Positions 7,048 through 17,735 are shown, numbered from the stretch's first letter. The stretch is 63,841 nucleotides of DNA from Minisyncoccota bacterium (GCA_020057185.1 JAGVGK010000005.1:1-63841), one strand, 5' to 3'. Notes: a model not told the origin generated them from the sequence alone. Translations and numbers: made by a program.

Positions 7048-9129
7048 CTACTTGATGATCCCCTGTTTTCTCAAATTAGACATGAAATCTGATAGGGGCT
7101 GTTTAAATTCCGGGTGAGCGACTACAGCCTTCTGCCATAACACCAACAGGGCATTAGACTGATTAATCGTTCCATAGGCTTGAACTAATCTTTCGTCTAA
7201 AAGAGAGACCGGATCGTCTTTCGCGCCGGCGCTTAGAAGCTCCGCGGCGAGTGGTAATTTATTATCATAGATTGCGCCAAGCGCATAAATTTTCCTAGCT
7301 TCGGCAAAAGTGGGTTCGAGCTCGTAGGCCTCACGGAAAAGTGCCAGCGCGTCAGCATACTTCTTTTGATTAATATAAAAACCACCGAGCTCAAAGAGAA
7401 TGGCTTGTTTATGGGGCGACAAACGGCGAGCTTCGATAAGTTCTTTTTCGGCTTCGGCTAACAAACCAATCCGAGAGAAGAAGGAACCGGCGAAGAGACG
7501 ATAGCGCGCGTTCTCGGGTTCGCGTTTGATCGTTTCCAAAATCTGATCGTGAGCCAGAATCAGAATTCCGTTGCGTGTTTCAGCCGGCACGGACTGATCT
7601 TGCCCCACATTAAGCGCCGAGTTAATCAGATGTTCGCTGGCTTCGGTCGAGGCAAAAGTCTGGTAAGCGAAGACTTGTTTGAAACTTTCCAGTTGCTTAT
7701 CCGGATATTTCTGCCAATTTAATGCTTCGATCAGCGTGCGACTAGCTAACCACGGTTTGATGTTAATCCAGTACATGGTCGGCACAAACAAAATAACGAT
7801 GATTAGGGGCGGTAAAAAAGCGGGCACTTTATTTTTGATTAATTTTAAATTACTGGCTGGTAAGAAATTCAGGTTTTTCCCAGTCGAAACAAAGTGCAGA
7901 TAGCCGAGCATCGCCAAGAAAAGCAAATAACTAATTAGATTATCGAAAACAAAAATATTATGAATAAAATAAGCAACCAAAAGCCCAGAAAATAACGCCC
8001 GCTCGATAACAGTAAAACTATTTTTCTTCCACCAGAGATAATAAAAAGCGATGACAAAAAGCGAGAGATAGGCCAAAAGACCTAGCGCGCCCGCGCTGAT
8101 TAACCAGTCGAAGATGACATTGTGCGAACGGTCGAACCACTGTTCTTGGCTGTACATCGCCGGATCATAGTACTTGTTGAAAACCAAAATATAATTCTCC
8201 GGTCCCCAACCGAGAAGCGGCCGTTCTTTGAACCCCTGCCAGCTCATATTCCAGATCATCAATCGCGATTTAGTGGTCTGCTCGGTGAGCGAGATTGAAG
8301 CAAAGCGTTCCAAGACCGGGCTAGACTTAACGAAAGCGCTATCTTTATTTAACCAAAAAACCCCCCCGAGAATCACGGCGCCAAGCAAAACGCCCAACGA
8401 GATTTTTCGCGCCCAGCGATGTGACCGACCAAAAATCGCGATCAAAATGGCGGTGACAATTAAACCACCCACGAGACCGAGCAAAGTACCTCGCGTCCCG
8501 GTGCGATAAAGCACAATCAATTGAAATAAAATAAGCGGTAAATAAATATAAGCAATCGGATTTTGTCGGTAATGCTTGAGCCACAGCCAAGCCGTTAAGA
8601 AAATATGCACCAACATATATACCGCCAGATAAGTCGGATTGCCAAAAGTGCCGTCAATCCGACTCCCGCCCTTGGTCAAAGCCATAATCCCAGCAATGAC
8701 GCTGATCACGATCGAAAGATTCAAAAAATAAAACCAGAGCTTCTCTTTTTTCAAAACCGAAATCAGAACTACAAAATAAGCACCGAGATGAAGAAAATTC
8801 ACCAAACCTTCCATTCGCTCGAAATTACTCCAGAAACTGCGATAAGGATTCGCCCCCCAAGCCGTCGCGAGAGAAATCACTAGAAGGAGCGCCCCCATCG
8901 CGATCAAGATCCATGACTTTTTAGCTTGCCCGCCGATCAGGCGGGGGCGATAATTAGGATCGCGAAGTGCGAGAATAATCCAGAGTGCGAGAATAATCTC
9001 CGTCAACACCCGAAAAAAGAACCCCTTGCCGGTGATAAACGGAAAAAATAGCGAGGTGGAGACAAGAAGGGGGGTGAGGGTCAATAATAATAACCCCGCG
9101 ATAATCCCCCACCGCAAATAATTATTCAT
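7048..9129 (-). CDS. O-antigen ligase/polymerase-like (Wzy_C) membrane protein with C-terminal TPR repeats
   Basis: 693 aa with at least 10 TM helices. Loop YRTGTRGTLLGLVGG. C-terminal TPR-like repeats (…ADALALFREAYELEP…). Confidence 0.75.
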   Translation of the reverse strand: MNNYLRWGIIAGLLLLTLTPLLVSTSLFFPFITGKGFFFRVLTEIILALWIILALRDPNYRPRLIGGQAKKSWILIAMGALLLVISLATAWGANPYRSFWSNFERMEGLVNFLHLGAYFVVLISVLKKEKLWFYFLNLSIVISVIAGIMALTKGGSRIDGTFGNPTYLAVYMLVHIFLTAWLWLKHYRQNPIAYIYLPLILFQLIVLYRTGTRGTLLGLVGGLIVTAILIAIFGRSHRWARKISLGVLLGAVILGGVFWLNKDSAFVKSSPVLERFASISLTEQTTKSRLMIWNMSWQGFKERPLLGWGPENYILVFNKYYDPAMYSQEQWFDRSHNVIFDWLISAGALGLLAYLSLFVIAFYYLWWKKNSFTVIERALFSGLLVAYFIHNIFVFDNLISYLLFLAMLGYLHFVSTGKNLNFLPASNLKLIKNKVPAFLPPLIIVILFVPTMYWINIKPWLASRTLIEALNWQKYPDKQLESFKQVFAYQTFASTEASEHLINSALNVGQDQSVPAETRNGILILAHDQILETIKREPENARYRLFAGSFFSRIGLLAEAEKELIEARRLSPHKQAILFELGGFYINQKKYADALALFREAYELEPTFAEARKIYALGAIYDNKLPLAAELLSAGAKDDPVSLLDERLVQAYGTINQSNALLVLWQKAVVAHPEFKQPLSDFMSNLRKQGIIK

Positions 9130-9136
9130 GACCGAT

Positions 9137-9145
9137 ACTATAGCA
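9137..9145 (-). promoter_or_regulatory. Extended -10 TGCTATAGT, 7 nt upstream of the ATG at 9129
   Basis: Reverse complement of actatagca; no Shine-Dalgarno sequence. Confidence 0.45.
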
Positions 9146-9196
9146 ATTAAACCTATTTTAAGCTAGTATTTTAAGTATAAATATTTTTTCTTCAGA

Positions 9197-9991
9197 TTAA
9201 GAAAAGTCCTTTTTAGAAAATAAAAAATTTTGGGGATAAGTCACTAAAATATAATAAAGTATCACCATAAGTGAAACTAAGGAGTGGGCGACATAGATTA
9301 CGAAGGCTAATTGAGCAAAGAAAGAAAAAAGAATAATAATAATTAAATACAACGCCCAAACCCAATCATACATCATAAAAATAAAATAATGAGACAACCG
9401 TTTAATTAAACCCTGGGCTGGGATTAAAACTGGCTGATCATAAAGATCCTGAAGTAAATCGTCGTGATGCTCTAATTTAATTTTGTGTTTGATGTGATGC
9501 CTCAACTTACCAAGCATGTTTGTTAAAGAAGCAAAAACAGAGAGAACAACTGCGAAAATAATAATTGTGGAAAATCCAGTAGCCGTTGCAAAAAAATAAC
9601 CAATAGAGAGATAGAGGGCAAAAGGATACAAAAAGTGGAAAAAACGATCGTAATAAATACCAGTTTGAGTAAAATAAGATTTGTATCGAGCAACTTCGCC
9701 GTCTACTCTATCACCGATTGCTACTAATTGTAGAAAAAATAATTGAATAATAATTAAATAAAAACTAGAAATTATATCGTAAAAAATATTAGATATAATT
9801 AATCCAAGCAAAATTATAATCAAGAAAACAGAAATCTGATTGGGACGGACATTAGGAAACAAAACAACTATTAAGTACGACAATCGAGCTGAAACATAAC
9901 GAGTAAGGGCATAAATTTTATCACCGTTAATGCGACCTTGTTTGGTCACATGGACCTGCTGTCGAAAATTAGAAAAATTAATCATAACCAT
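9197..9991 (-). CDS. CDP-alcohol phosphatidyltransferase-family membrane protein (variant motif)
   Basis: DGEVARYKSYFTQTGIYYDRFFH matches DG(x2)AR(x8)G(x3)D(x3)[D->H]. Multi-TM. ATG at 9991 overlaps the upstream stop (TAATG). Confidence 0.6.
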   Translation of the reverse strand: MVMINFSNFRQQVHVTKQGRINGDKIYALTRYVSARLSYLIVVLFPNVRPNQISVFLIIILLGLIISNIFYDIISSFYLIIIQLFFLQLVAIGDRVDGEVARYKSYFTQTGIYYDRFFHFLYPFALYLSIGYFFATATGFSTIIIFAVVLSVFASLTNMLGKLRHHIKHKIKLEHHDDLLQDLYDQPVLIPAQGLIKRLSHYFIFMMYDWVWALYLIIIILFSFFAQLAFVIYVAHSLVSLMVILYYILVTYPQNFLFSKKDFS

Positions 9992-10662
9992 TATTTCTGT
10001 TTTAATACACTCCAAAATTCACCCCAATTAATCTGGTAAGATTCGATTTCCCAACCAGACTCTTTAGTCTCTTTTTCTACATCTTCTAAGGTATACTCAA
10101 GATAATGGGTATCATCCAACTTGTATGGGTAACCATTATCCCGTTTATAAACGGCTACCCATTCACGGGTGATCATAGGCACACGAAGTAAAAGGGTGTC
10201 ACCGAAGAAACCAATTTTTTTAAGTAAGTTAATTCTATCTTCAATGTGCTCAAGAACATTGGACAAAATCAATTTATCAAAATGATTATTGAAGTGATAA
10301 ACGGTAGCGTCACCCACAATAAATTCGAGATTATCTTTTTGGTAATGCTTCTTGGCATAATCAATATTTTGGTCAGAGATATCTATTCCAACTACTTTCT
10401 TCGCTTTCTTGGCCACATCGCAGGCTAACAATCCCCCGCCACAACCAATGTCTAAGATCGTGTCGCCCGGATTGATTCTTGCAGTAAAATAATCGTGATA
10501 TTTGGTGATCTTATGTTTGGGATTAATTCCCCCATTCAAATTGGTAGCATATTCAGTAATTTTTTTATAACTATAATTATGAAGTTTAATGAAAAATCCC
10601 AACAATCGCCTTGTAAACTTAGGCTGATTTTTGATATAACTTTTAATTTTATTTTTAATCAT
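9991..10662 (-). CDS. Class I SAM-dependent methyltransferase
   Basis: ILDIGCGGGLLA and LILSNVLEHI. Confidence 0.85.
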   Translation of the reverse strand: MIKNKIKSYIKNQPKFTRRLLGFFIKLHNYSYKKITEYATNLNGGINPKHKITKYHDYFTARINPGDTILDIGCGGGLLACDVAKKAKKVVGIDISDQNIDYAKKHYQKDNLEFIVGDATVYHFNNHFDKLILSNVLEHIEDRINLLKKIGFFGDTLLLRVPMITREWVAVYKRDNGYPYKLDDTHYLEYTLEDVEKETKESGWEIESYQINWGEFWSVLKQK

Positions 10663-11348
10663 TATAAAAATTTTATAGCATCGGGTCCTTCATTAAAAAG
10701 CAAATCGAGAACAGTTAGCCCTGGAATAAAAGGTGGAAAAAGTTGCCGATATTCTCGCGGATGAAAATTTTGAAACGAGAGTTCTACGCTAGCTTTTTCA
10801 AATTTATCTCGCTCAATATATTTTTTACCTGACGGACCAGATAAAAATTTTGTAGTCCCAACATTTTTGATTATATCTAAAATCGCATCCGTAGAACGTA
10901 ATTCTGAATTAACCTCAAAATCCGATGCCCGATAAAATTTAGCCTTCAAATTTAAAATCTTTGATATGTATTCTATAATCCTGATATTTAAATCAGCAAG
11001 AGTGACGATTATAGAAATATTAGCGTAAAGATTATTAAAAAAGGGCGAATAATCTTTCCAGTAGGGCGCCCTTTGATAGTAAACTTCAAGCGATCGCCAA
11101 TGCTTCTTAGCCCAACGAGTATCATTTGGTAAACTAACATCTTTTAATCTCTTAAACAACTCTGTGTGACCAATAGGAACTGTTAAATAAGTCTGACCGC
11201 CATTGGGTATCTTTATCTTATTACGATTATGAAACCCATCGCGTGAATAAAAGGCTGTATCATAGAAGATAAAAATATCTGATACAACTATTTTGTTAAA
11301 ATAGCCTAACCATGGTAAGTAATCTGGCTGGTGCATGGATACAAACAT
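10662..11348 (-). CDS. WbqC-like family protein
   Basis: N-terminus MHQPDYLPWLGYFNKI is characteristic of the WbqC family. Confidence 0.8.
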   Translation of the reverse strand: MFVSMHQPDYLPWLGYFNKIVVSDIFIFYDTAFYSRDGFHNRNKIKIPNGGQTYLTVPIGHTELFKRLKDVSLPNDTRWAKKHWRSLEVYYQRAPYWKDYSPFFNNLYANISIIVTLADLNIRIIEYISKILNLKAKFYRASDFEVNSELRSTDAILDIIKNVGTTKFLSGPSGKKYIERDKFEKASVELSFQNFHPREYRQLFPPFIPGLTVLDLLFNEGPDAIKFL

Positions 11349-11354
11349 CGAAGT

Positions 11355-11996
11355 CTACTGAGAAATTAATCTAATAACATCAAAAGATTCAGCATATCTT
11401 TCTTTAATCTCAACTCCGCGGGTAATCGCCCAACTTTTAATATATTCAACTGAGAAATAGGGTCGTCCTTCTCCTTGACTTTTATAACAACTAACAGCTT
11501 TTATCTTTCTATCGAGATTTTTCTGTGATAAAACACTATAAAAATCAGCTGTTTTATTCAAGCGATTCCAATCATAACCGTAAGACAAAAGATTGCATTC
11601 TTTAAAAGCCCTGAAGCTCTCTTGGGCCACAGTCACATGGTCTTGATGCATATCGTCAAGTGACATAGTAAAAACAACATCGGGATTGATTTTCCGCCGA
11701 TAATTCCAGAGAGTATCGAGGATCGGCTGACGATAACTCGGGAAAACTCGATTTTCATACTTTTCCATAAAAATGTTCTGTTTTTTGAGTCCCAAAATTT
11801 TAGCACTCTGATAAACTTCTTGACGAATATCATCGGCTGTAAATTTACTTGCCGTACCCTTAAGATTGAAGGAAAGAATGAGTTGGTAAACATCCTTGCC
11901 CGCTTCGAGTAATTTGTTTACTGTGCCCCCGCAACCAAGCTCCATGTCGTCAGCATGGGCACAAACAATTAAGATTTTCTTGGCTTTAGTAAACAT
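11355..11996 (-). CDS. PIG-L/LmbE-family N-acetyl-sugar deacetylase
   Basis: ILIVCAHADDMELGCGGT and HQDH. ATG at 11996 preferred over the GTG at 12020. Confidence 0.85.
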   Translation of the reverse strand: MFTKAKKILIVCAHADDMELGCGGTVNKLLEAGKDVYQLILSFNLKGTASKFTADDIRQEVYQSAKILGLKKQNIFMEKYENRVFPSYRQPILDTLWNYRRKINPDVVFTMSLDDMHQDHVTVAQESFRAFKECNLLSYGYDWNRLNKTADFYSVLSQKNLDRKIKAVSCYKSQGEGRPYFSVEYIKSWAITRGVEIKERYAESFDVIRLISQ

Positions 11997-12016
11997 ACGC
12001 GATGACTCTAATACAA

Positions 12017-13138
12017 TCACACTTTCGACATATTCACAAGTTTGATAATTTCTTTGACAAATATTTCTGGCTTATGTTTTGTTCGAGCCAATTCTAGACT
12101 ATACTTACCGAATTCTACAATTTTAGTTTTGTCACACAACAAGATTTCTAATTTATTTCTTAAGTCAGTCTCATTTTTGTCTTCAAAAACAAAACCGTTC
12201 TTTCCAGTTTCGATATAGCATCGTGTGCCATTGGCGCTGCTTGAAATCACCGCTAGACCCCTACTCATTGCCCCCAAGGGAGAGGCCGCCGCGGGTTCAT
12301 CCGAAGAAGCTAGAACAAAAATATCGTGGTTTAAGTATTCTTTTAAGACCTGCTTAAATAATAAATCGTAACGGAGACTAACTTTTAGACTAAGATTTTT
12401 TTGTTTAATATAATCTTCCACTTCCTTCACATAAGATTCATCTGCTCGTTCGCCAATAATAGTCAAATGAACAGAATATTGTTTCACTAATTCTTTAAAA
12501 ACTCGCAAGAGGAGTAAATGATTTTTGCGCCTGACGAACTTCCCAACTGTTAATATCTTGATTGTTCCATTAAAAAAATAAATTCTTTCTTCATTGATTG
12601 TTTCAGTCACGAACGGCACATAATGGAGATTCCTGTTTTCGTTCCCAAACCCAGCCTGATCACCTAGGAGTGGGGTTAAAACCGGTGCCCCGAAAACTAA
12701 CCCAACCAGAGAAACTGACCAGCTTTTTCTCTTTTGGCGGTATTTATCAATCTGAAGAGTAAACACTATCTTCGCTCCAATTATTTTGGCAAAAACAGCC
12801 CCAATCAGGGAATAAACGCTCTCAATATTTTTTATCACCACTATTTCTGGTTTGAAACGCATCATTTCTACAAATAATTTGATGAGTGGTGGAAAACTGT
12901 ACTTTAGTTCAAAATTATTTTTCAAATAGATTCTTAACTGGCGATTAAAAATTTTATTGAGCAGAATAAACAAGAGTGAATAACCAAGGGTTATCGGTTT
13001 AACAACATCATCATAATCTCCTTCTAGTTTACCGCGATAAAGAGTGAGGACTTTAACTTTATGCCCCGCGTCAACCAATCCCTTAATGGGGAAAAAAAGA
13101 TTACTGTGGAAACTGGGGGCAAGAAAAATTAATTTCAT
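12017..13138 (-). CDS. GT-B fold glycosyltransferase (GT4-like)
   Basis: 373 aa. Layout typical of group-1 glycosyltransferases, with a degenerate E-x7-E region. Confidence 0.65.
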   Translation of the reverse strand: MKLIFLAPSFHSNLFFPIKGLVDAGHKVKVLTLYRGKLEGDYDDVVKPITLGYSLLFILLNKIFNRQLRIYLKNNFELKYSFPPLIKLFVEMMRFKPEIVVIKNIESVYSLIGAVFAKIIGAKIVFTLQIDKYRQKRKSWSVSLVGLVFGAPVLTPLLGDQAGFGNENRNLHYVPFVTETINEERIYFFNGTIKILTVGKFVRRKNHLLLLRVFKELVKQYSVHLTIIGERADESYVKEVEDYIKQKNLSLKVSLRYDLLFKQVLKEYLNHDIFVLASSDEPAAASPLGAMSRGLAVISSSANGTRCYIETGKNGFVFEDKNETDLRNKLEILLCDKTKIVEFGKYSLELARTKHKPEIFVKEIIKLVNMSKV

Positions 13139-14307
13139 AATTTATTGGGCTTTAGGGCTTCGACGATCTTCTTCATAATTTGGTTTAAAGAAAAATGAAC
13201 TTCAATTCTTTGTCGCGAGGCCAAGCTCATTCTATACCATCGTTCAGGATCATTTTTAAATAACATTAATTTTTCTGCAATGGCTTGGGCGTTTTTGATT
13301 GGGACAAAGAAGCCGGTCTCTTCTTCTCTGACCACATCAGTTGCCCCACCCACCGGCGTAGTGATGATCGGCAATCCAAAGGATCCTGCTTCCAAAACAA
13401 CATTTGGGAAACCCTCCGCGGTAGAAGACATAACGAAAATGTGGGCCCGGCGGTATTCTTCCTGAAGCGATTCTGTGTTGAGCCGGCCTAAAAACTTCAC
13501 TTGATCGCAGAGGTTAAGTTCCGCAACCTGCTTCTCATACATTGTTCTCAAGGTGCCGTCACCAGCAAAAATTAGCCTAAACTCATTCTGTTTATCTTTG
13601 GGTAAAAGGCTAATTGCTTCAATAATATACTCGAAAGCCCGTTCATAATAATTCATTGAAGCCACGGCCAAGACAAGCCATTCTGGTTGATCCTTTTTGA
13701 TTAAATTCCTCATTGCAACCTTTTTTTGATCGTCAATTATTGGAATACCATTTCCGATTATCACGATTTTTCTCTTATTCCAGGGCTGATATTGAACGAC
13801 GAGATGCTCCATCTCTTGACTTAAGACAATAATTTGGTTAGTGAAAAAATTGAGAATAATATCGGCCAATTTAAATTTCCAATCTTTTACTTTTACTTGA
13901 CCATGCTGATTTGTCACCGCGCTTGATTCTCTGATCACGATCTTCACCTTAGGTCGAATTACCTTGATTAATCTAGCGAGAATTTTGGGCAACTCGAGAG
14001 TCGCGTAAATTGTTTGGATTTTGTTTTGGTCTACAAATTTAATAAGTTTTTTGATAGCTTGATAATCCAATAAATTGCGCGAGTTTAAAAACAGCCTATC
14101 TACCAATGGCACTATTAATTCGCTAGAAAGATTATCTGAAGAAAAATCTGGAAAAAGTGTGGCAAAGAAAACTCGATGCCCGACCGTTGATAAAAAATTA
14201 GCCTGCCTGACAAACACCCCCTCGGCCCCGGCCCGAGCGAGATTATTGATAATAAACAAAACTCTAATTGGTTGGAAACTATTTTTAGATTGGTTTTCGG
14301 CAGACAT
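13135..14307 (-). CDS. Glycosyltransferase family 4
   Basis: SSTAEGFPNVVLEAGSFGLPIITTPVGG (E-x7-E). Confidence 0.85.
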   Translation of the reverse strand: MSAENQSKNSFQPIRVLFIINNLARAGAEGVFVRQANFLSTVGHRVFFATLFPDFSSDNLSSELIVPLVDRLFLNSRNLLDYQAIKKLIKFVDQNKIQTIYATLELPKILARLIKVIRPKVKIVIRESSAVTNQHGQVKVKDWKFKLADIILNFFTNQIIVLSQEMEHLVVQYQPWNKRKIVIIGNGIPIIDDQKKVAMRNLIKKDQPEWLVLAVASMNYYERAFEYIIEAISLLPKDKQNEFRLIFAGDGTLRTMYEKQVAELNLCDQVKFLGRLNTESLQEEYRRAHIFVMSSTAEGFPNVVLEAGSFGLPIITTPVGGATDVVREEETGFFVPIKNAQAIAEKLMLFKNDPERWYRMSLASRQRIEVHFSLNQIMKKIVEALKPNKL

Positions 14308-14980
14308 ACATTGGCCAACGTACAAAAAGACCCACAATTATTTTTGGTAATCGTGGATAATAATAAGAGTTAACTAATACTTCGACCAACTGAAAACCGA
14401 CCTCATTCAATAATTTTTCTTCAGCCCAAATATTGTTATGGGAAACATAGAGATCTCCATTGGGATGATGCTCCACTCTCACATGGTAACCCAACCGCCA
14501 ATGAGGGAGTTGCTCGATGAATCTTTTGGTCGCTTGCCAACTTCTAGGCCAAGCCAAACTATTATGCCCTGAGTAGGCAAAAATACCCTCCGGTTTAAGC
14601 ACGCGGTAAGCTTCACTTATTATTTCCTGCCGGCGGTTACTATAATCAATCCCTTGATTGGAGAAAAACACAAAATCGAAATTATCGTCAGGAAAAGATA
14701 ATTCAGCGGCATTCATCACCCGGAGATCAAGCTCGGGGTAAAGTGTCTTCCCTTGTTCGATAAAAGGCATGGACACATCAACCCCAATCACCCTTGAACA
14801 TTTTGTCGCTAAATACTTGGTACTTCGGCCAGTGCCACAACCTAGGTCAAGCACTCGAAACTCTGGCTTAAGATATTGTTCAAACAAAAATTTTTCGTAG
14901 GGCCAAAGATAATCTTTGGAATAGATTTTGACGGCCTCCGGTGTGGAGTAAGTATTTTTATTAATCTTTTCAAATTCCAT
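14285..14980 (-). CDS. Class I SAM-dependent methyltransferase
   Basis: VLDLGCGTGRST. Confidence 0.85.
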   Translation of the reverse strand: MEFEKINKNTYSTPEAVKIYSKDYLWPYEKFLFEQYLKPEFRVLDLGCGTGRSTKYLATKCSRVIGVDVSMPFIEQGKTLYPELDLRVMNAAELSFPDDNFDFVFFSNQGIDYSNRRQEIISEAYRVLKPEGIFAYSGHNSLAWPRSWQATKRFIEQLPHWRLGYHVRVEHHPNGDLYVSHNNIWAEEKLLNEVGFQLVEVLVNSYYYPRLPKIIVGLFVRWPMYVCRKPI

Positions 14981-16037
14981 GGTAAAAATCTTTTATTGAA
15001 TAAACGATCTTTTTAATTTGGGAGTCAGTAAGATTGGGGTAGATCGGTAAGGAAACACCTTGATCAAGCCACTGATCAGTCATTGGGAATGACCCAGTAG
15101 AATGAAGAACGCGGTGCAACCCGCCAACCACCCCGTAACCACAAATGATCCCTTGTTTTTTTAAAAACTGGCGGAGCTCATTAGACTTTTTTGTTTTAAC
15201 TACATAACGATAGAAAATGTGTTTTTTACTCTTCGGCACTTGGGGTAAAATTAGGGGTAAATTTTCTAACTCTTGAGTGTATTTTCTCGCTAAAACTTTT
15301 CGCTGACGGATAAAATTTTTTAATTTTTTTAATTGCGACAAAGCTAGCGCTGCGGATAAATCATTCATCTTATAATTATAACGAATTTTGTCGTCTAGTT
15401 TTTTATCATATTCTCGCCGATCTTCTAATTCATCCCGATAATCCTGATTGGAAGTCGTCACTATTCCGCCCTCACCACCAGTAATCATTTTGGTGGCGTA
15501 AACCGAGAAAGTGGCCAATTCTCCAAAACTACCAGCCGGCCGTCCGCTTAATTTTGATCCTGGTGACATCGCACAGTCTTCAATCACTGGTATTCCGTTA
15601 GCCACTTTCAAAATTTCCTCCATATCAGCCATAAGTCCAAACATGTGAGGCACAATAATTGCTTTAGTCTTAGAAGTAATTGCTTGGGTCAAAGAAGCAA
15701 CATTCATATTCCCATCACTTTCATTTACATCAACTGGCACCGGAATGGCTCCGGTATAGCGAATCACATGAGCTAACCCAACACAAACATACGAGGAAAC
15801 GACAACTTCATCGCCTGCCCCCACCCCAAGAGCTAACAAGGCGAGATGGAGGGCTGAGGTGCCAGAATTAACCCCAATTCCAAACTTCTGGTTCGATAAT
15901 TTAACAACTGTCTTTTCCAGATCTCTTACAGCTGACCCATTACTTAACCATCCACTTTTTATAACTCGAGTTACGGCTTTGATATCTTGGAAATCAGTAC
16001 TAGGTCGAAAATGTGGTATGTTTTTTTTGTCTGACAT
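14970..16037 (-). CDS. DegT/DnrJ/EryC1/StrS-family PLP sugar aminotransferase
   Basis: GDEVVVSSY and FSVYATKMITGGEGG. Confidence 0.9.
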   Translation of the reverse strand: MSDKKNIPHFRPSTDFQDIKAVTRVIKSGWLSNGSAVRDLEKTVVKLSNQKFGIGVNSGTSALHLALLALGVGAGDEVVVSSYVCVGLAHVIRYTGAIPVPVDVNESDGNMNVASLTQAITSKTKAIIVPHMFGLMADMEEILKVANGIPVIEDCAMSPGSKLSGRPAGSFGELATFSVYATKMITGGEGGIVTTSNQDYRDELEDRREYDKKLDDKIRYNYKMNDLSAALALSQLKKLKNFIRQRKVLARKYTQELENLPLILPQVPKSKKHIFYRYVVKTKKSNELRQFLKKQGIICGYGVVGGLHRVLHSTGSFPMTDQWLDQGVSLPIYPNLTDSQIKKIVYSIKDFYHGI

Positions 16038-16042
16038 AAAAA

Positions 16043-17725
16043 TTATTTCGCTTTAGAAATATCGAGGATGAGATAATCGGAATTATCGTAAACCACTTCT
16101 CCGACGGACATACCGCCTGCCCAATATAAATCCGAGATTTTACCTCGCGGTATTAACATATGGGTAGATTTAAGTTTTTGGGCAAAAATTACAATATCGC
16201 GAAAATCTGTCGCTGACCCAACTACCCTATCATATTCCTGCCGCTCTTCATACCAACGCTTGCTGTTGCTAAAACCGGAAGTAACCCACAAATTACCCTC
16301 CTTATTAGTCAAATTAGTGTTAAGGTGGCTCAAAATCTTGAAAATAAAATCACGTTGATCTCCTGAAAAAACAAAAAAATTAGTCCCAGTGTGTGGCAAA
16401 TTAACCCGTGACCATAAAGCAACCTCCTTTAAGTTGAAATAAGATAAAACTTGGTCTCCAGAAACAATTGGTGCCAAGTTATACTTTAAACGAATATTTT
16501 CTGGAATTGTCATTCTGGCTATATTTCTGATCAACGGGGCAGAAAAACGTATTGGTAATAAAACAATAACAATAACAAAGAAAAAGGCTAACAATTTTTT
16601 TCTTTTATTTTCCACCAAAAATACGATGAAAGCCACCGATTGAAATAAAAGAGCAGCCCCGACAATGCGCATTGATCTTAAGTGTTCGAGAAAGATTGGG
16701 GAACCACCACTTTTGATATTTATTCCATTCAAAAATTCAATAATAATGATAAAAAGAATAGCAACCAAAAAAAATAAAAACGTGATAATACTAATTTTCG
16801 TAAACAGTCCATTTGGATCATCTTGCTTCTTAAGGACAAAATAAAGAGACGCCACAAGCGTAATTAACAACGGCAACCCATCCCAAATGTCCCTTTTGAT
16901 TTCTCCAAATTCGATTGTTTTAATAAAACCACTACCCCGAAATTTGTTTTGAACTATTTCTGACTGCATCTCTTTTTCTGAAACAGAAAGATTATTCTCG
17001 TCCAACATTTTTGTATTTGGATTTAACAAATGATTTAAGAAAAATGGAGCTGAAATAATAAAGTAGACGATTATAAAAAATAGCAACGGTTTAATTAATT
17101 TAAAACGATAGAAAACTAGAGCGACAATAATACAAAAGAAAATTCCTATCGTGCCAACAGGTGGATATAAATAAACAAGCAACCCCGCCAGAGTAGCCAA
17201 CAGTAAGTTAATAAATGGTTTTTTTATTCCCTTGATTGTCCAATAATAAATAAACAAAACATAAAAAGGTAAAACAAGAATACTCCCCCGAAAACCACTA
17301 ATATCTAAAAAGCCGATACTTGTTGAAAAGATAAAGCGCGGAATTAAGATAACAATACCAGCTAAAGCTGCTCCCCACCAGTTGCCAAAAAATTTTCTAG
17401 CAATTAACCCAGTGATGATATAAGTGCAGATTATTATTACTAAAGACATAACATGATAGCCTCCAAGGCTGTGTTCTAGCCCCGGATTTAAAAAATAAAA
17501 CAAAGGAAATGCGATGTACAATTCTGATTGATTATACGATGGTGGAACATTTTCCCAATAATTAAACCGCGATTGCAATTCGAGAAACTGATATCCCCAA
17601 ACATCGCTACTTAAAGAATTGGTTTGGAGCGGTATATTGATACGCAAATAAAAAGCCAAAAAGATAAATAAAATACTCCAGAAAAACAAACGGGAATTTA
17701 AAAAATATTTAAATTGTTGAATCAT
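16043..17725 (-). CDS. Polytopic membrane protein, GT-C/ArnT-like glycosyltransferase candidate
   Basis: About 13 TM helices followed by a C-terminal soluble domain of about 120 aa. ATG at 17725 removes the overlap with the upstream gene. Confidence 0.45.
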   Translation of the reverse strand: MIQQFKYFLNSRLFFWSILFIFLAFYLRINIPLQTNSLSSDVWGYQFLELQSRFNYWENVPPSYNQSELYIAFPLFYFLNPGLEHSLGGYHVMSLVIIICTYIITGLIARKFFGNWWGAALAGIVILIPRFIFSTSIGFLDISGFRGSILVLPFYVLFIYYWTIKGIKKPFINLLLATLAGLLVYLYPPVGTIGIFFCIIVALVFYRFKLIKPLLFFIIVYFIISAPFFLNHLLNPNTKMLDENNLSVSEKEMQSEIVQNKFRGSGFIKTIEFGEIKRDIWDGLPLLITLVASLYFVLKKQDDPNGLFTKISIITFLFFLVAILFIIIIEFLNGINIKSGGSPIFLEHLRSMRIVGAALLFQSVAFIVFLVENKRKKLLAFFFVIVIVLLPIRFSAPLIRNIARMTIPENIRLKYNLAPIVSGDQVLSYFNLKEVALWSRVNLPHTGTNFFVFSGDQRDFIFKILSHLNTNLTNKEGNLWVTSGFSNSKRWYEERQEYDRVVGSATDFRDIVIFAQKLKSTHMLIPRGKISDLYWAGGMSVGEVVYDNSDYLILDISKAK

Positions 17726-17735
17726 ATTAATGAAA

